NCBI GenBank assembly: GCA_951406725.2
Contig: OX597832.1
Span: forward strand, 51,646,001-51,710,000
Source: Octopus vulgaris
Lineage: Eukaryota
Direction: 5' to 3'
DNA length: 64,000 bases
Part shown: piece by piece, positions 61,462 to 64,000 of the stretch
Position numbering within the stretch: the stretch's first letter is position 1
How the letters are laid out: every line of letters starts with the position of its first letter
Position numbers and translations under genes: made by a program
Notes under the pieces: model-generated
The model's input: only the letters and a program-made list of their open reading frames with translations
Told to the model about the DNA's origin: nothing
Database searches by the model: none

Positions 61462-62765
61462 CATCATCATCATCATCATTGAACTTCCATTGTTCATGCG
61501 GGAATGGGTTGACCAGGATGGCACATGGAAGGCTGCCCCAGACTCCAGTCTGATTTGGCATGGTTTTCTACAGCTGGATGCCCTTCCTAATGCTAACCAC
61601 TACAAAAGTGTAATGGGTGCTTTTACGTGTCACCGGCATGGCTGCCATTTGTGAGACACTAGTATCTGCCATGACTGTAATTTTGCTTGGCTTGATGGGT
61701 CTTCTTCTCAAGCATGACATAAAGCCAAAAGTCTTGGTCATTGCCTCTGTGAGGCCCAACACATGAAAGGAACACAGCCACTTTGGCTCTGTGAGGTCCA
61801 ACACTTGAAAGGAACTTATCCACTTGGCCTCCAAGAGGTCAATGCTTGAAAGGTGTTCTTTATGTGCTACCAGCGCAGTTGCCAGTTACTACGACTATGA
61901 TTTCACTTGATGAGCCCTCTCAGGCACAGCACATTGCCAAAGGTCTCGGTCACTAGTCATTGCCTCTGTGAGGCTCAAAATTCAAAGATCATGCTTCAAC
62001 ACCTCATCCCATGTCTTCCTGGGTCTACCTCTACCACAGGTTCCCTCCACAGTTAGATCGGCACTTCTTTACACAGCTGTCCTTGTCCATATGCATCACA
62101 TGACTATACAAGCACAGTCGTCTCTCTAGCACACCACATCTGATGCCTCTTATACCTAACTTTTCTCTCAAGATGCTTACATTCTGTCCAGCGAAGAATA
62201 CTGGCTTCATTTCTTTCAAGCCTACGCATGTCCTCAGTTGTCACAACCCATGTTTCACTACCATCTAGCACAGATTTTCACACACAAGCATCAAACAATC
62301 TACCTTTCACTCTGAGATAGAGGCCCTTTGTTGCCAGCAGGAGTGGGAGCTCTCTGAACTTCAAGCTTAATCTTATTCCTGCAGCTACCCTCTCGGAGCA
62401 TCCACCTCCACTACTAACTTGGTCACCTAGATAATGGAAGCTATCTACAACTTCTAGTTTGCTCCCCTTAGCAGTTGATGGAGTCTATTTTCTGCACATT
62501 TTCAATGTTTATTGTCCCTGTGTATCTTCCACATACAAAAGCTAGTTTTCCTGTTAACCTTCCTCTTATATTACTGCACCTTTTATGTGTCCAAAACTTA
62601 CACCAGGTGCATTTTATGGAGTTTCTACCTGCACCTGTTCTACAGATCAAGCAGGGCCATCTACCTGAAGAGATTTGTGATATGTCTGCCTTCCTACTTA
62701 CAAAGATTTTGGTTTTTTTCTAGGTTAACTCTAAGGCCCTTTGAATCTAGACTTTGCTTCCATGG
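61462..62765 (-). mobile_element. 5'-truncated RTE-clade LINE with Cys/His-rich insert (probable partner of the RTE-tail repeats)
   Basis: C.IC..G.G.NSI.C..C..W.HKRCS.I.G.L, VVDSFHYLGD and LREKLGIRGI...R.RL..Y.HV..MD motifs; 3'UTR and (GAT)n tail shared with the RTE-tail repeats. Confidence 0.82.
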
Positions 62766-62804
62766 TTTCAAGTTTTGAAATAAGGCCACCAATTTCAGGG
62801 AATT

Positions 62805-63245
62805 AGTCGATTATATCAACCTTAGTTGATATAATTGACTTATAATTCACTGGTACCTATTTTATCACCCCTGAACAGATGAAAGGCAAAGTCAACCTCA
62901 GCGGAATTTTAACTCGGAACATAAAGATGGATGAAATACCACAAAGCATTTTGCCTAACATGTTAACAATTCTGCCAGCTTGCCACCCTAACCAACCAGA
63001 TTATATTCATTTGCAAATAGGCGGCAAGCTGGCAGAATCGTTAGCACGTAGGGCGAAATGTGTAGCTGTATTTCGTTTGTCTTGACGTTCTGAGTTCAAA
63101 TCCGCTGAGGTCGACTTTGCCTTTTATCCTTTCAGGGTTGATAAATTAAGTACCAGTTATGCACTGGGGTCGATGTAATCGACTTAATCCGTTTGTCTGT
63201 CCTTGTTTGTCCCCTCTATGTTTAGCCCCTTGTGGGTAATAAAGA
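62805..63245. mobile_element. Head-to-head pair of family B SINEs (62805-62987 minus, 63020-63245 plus)
   Basis: Meta-like cores in opposite orientation. Confidence 0.8.
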
Positions 63246-64000
63246 ACCATATATGCATTTGCAAATGGTGGATAAACTTTTAATTTTCCTGTTTGACCAC
63301 ATAAGTATCTGCTGGTACTGATGCTTCTGTTGTTCTTTGTCTTGCTTAAATATGAATATTCCCTTTGTTTTTTTTTATATGTATCATTTATGGTCATTGA
63401 TATTGTATTGCTGTTGTATAACCTCCCCCGCCCCATGCCACCCCACTACCCTCCAACTAAGTCGGCTTTGTTCCAGCACTCCTAGGGAACACAAGATAGT
63501 TGTTCATACAAAGAGGTTTGACCTAGATTCACTGATCTTTCGTTCCAGTCATAGCAAGACTCCACTTAATTGAGACGCATATTAGACATTTCAAAATAGA
63601 CTGATGACCCATACGAGACGCAGTCTGAAAGTCCAAACATGCCAAACATGCTCCACTGTTCAGTCTGTCTCTGTGTGCTTGTAGATTCTGTGGGGTGGCC
63701 ATGGCAAAACAAAAAAGCTTCAGCCTTTGAGAAATGACAACTAAATCTTCTTCAGATTTTATCATTCCATCTTGAAAATAGATCCTCATCATGATTTTAA
63801 TGTCCCCTTTTCCATGGTTACACAGGTTAGATGGAACTTGTTGAGACAGATTTTTCTATGGCTGGATGCCCTTCCTGTCACCAACCTTCACCTGTTTCCA
63901 ACCAAGTTAATATTTTCCAGTGACACTTGTTTACAACAGTGCCATGAAGTCAAGATAAGGAGACAATAGGATAGGAGAACCCCTTCAGTCATGAATGACC

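Noticed and set aside
63146-63792. Minus-strand ORFs as the next upstream receptor exon
   Set aside because: No FN3 features and no convincing phase-0 donor; the upstream exon is probably outside the window.

Overview
AT-rich, repeat-dense animal genomic DNA. The SINE families (tRNA heads, Nin-/Meta-like cores, RTE tails) and microsatellite load point to a coleoid cephalopod, probably Octopus; this is an inference. One protein-coding gene can be reconstructed on the minus strand. Six exons (60466-60616, 55901-56041, 51674-51838, 48312-48399, 47144-47189, 33352-34224) have canonical GT-AG sites and matching phases. They join into a 487-aa C-terminal fragment of a single-pass FN3 receptor of the Domeless/gp130 type; its 5' end lies beyond the window. 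The receptor has an ITIM-like motif where Box1 would be and a Tyr-rich, internally duplicated tail. The 5' end of a second minus-strand transcription unit probably lies at about 17-18.4 kb. The rest is nested transposable elements: a decayed HERO-clade RLE retrotransposon, Hsmar1-like and DD37D mariners, Helitrons, Merlin-like, piggyBac-like and MULE-like MITEs, RTE/CR1/L1/R4/Gypsy fragments, and Penelope-like repeats with minimal hammerhead-ribozyme motifs. There is also a 1085-bp tandem duplication that may be an assembly artefact. All calls were made by eye; no searches were run.
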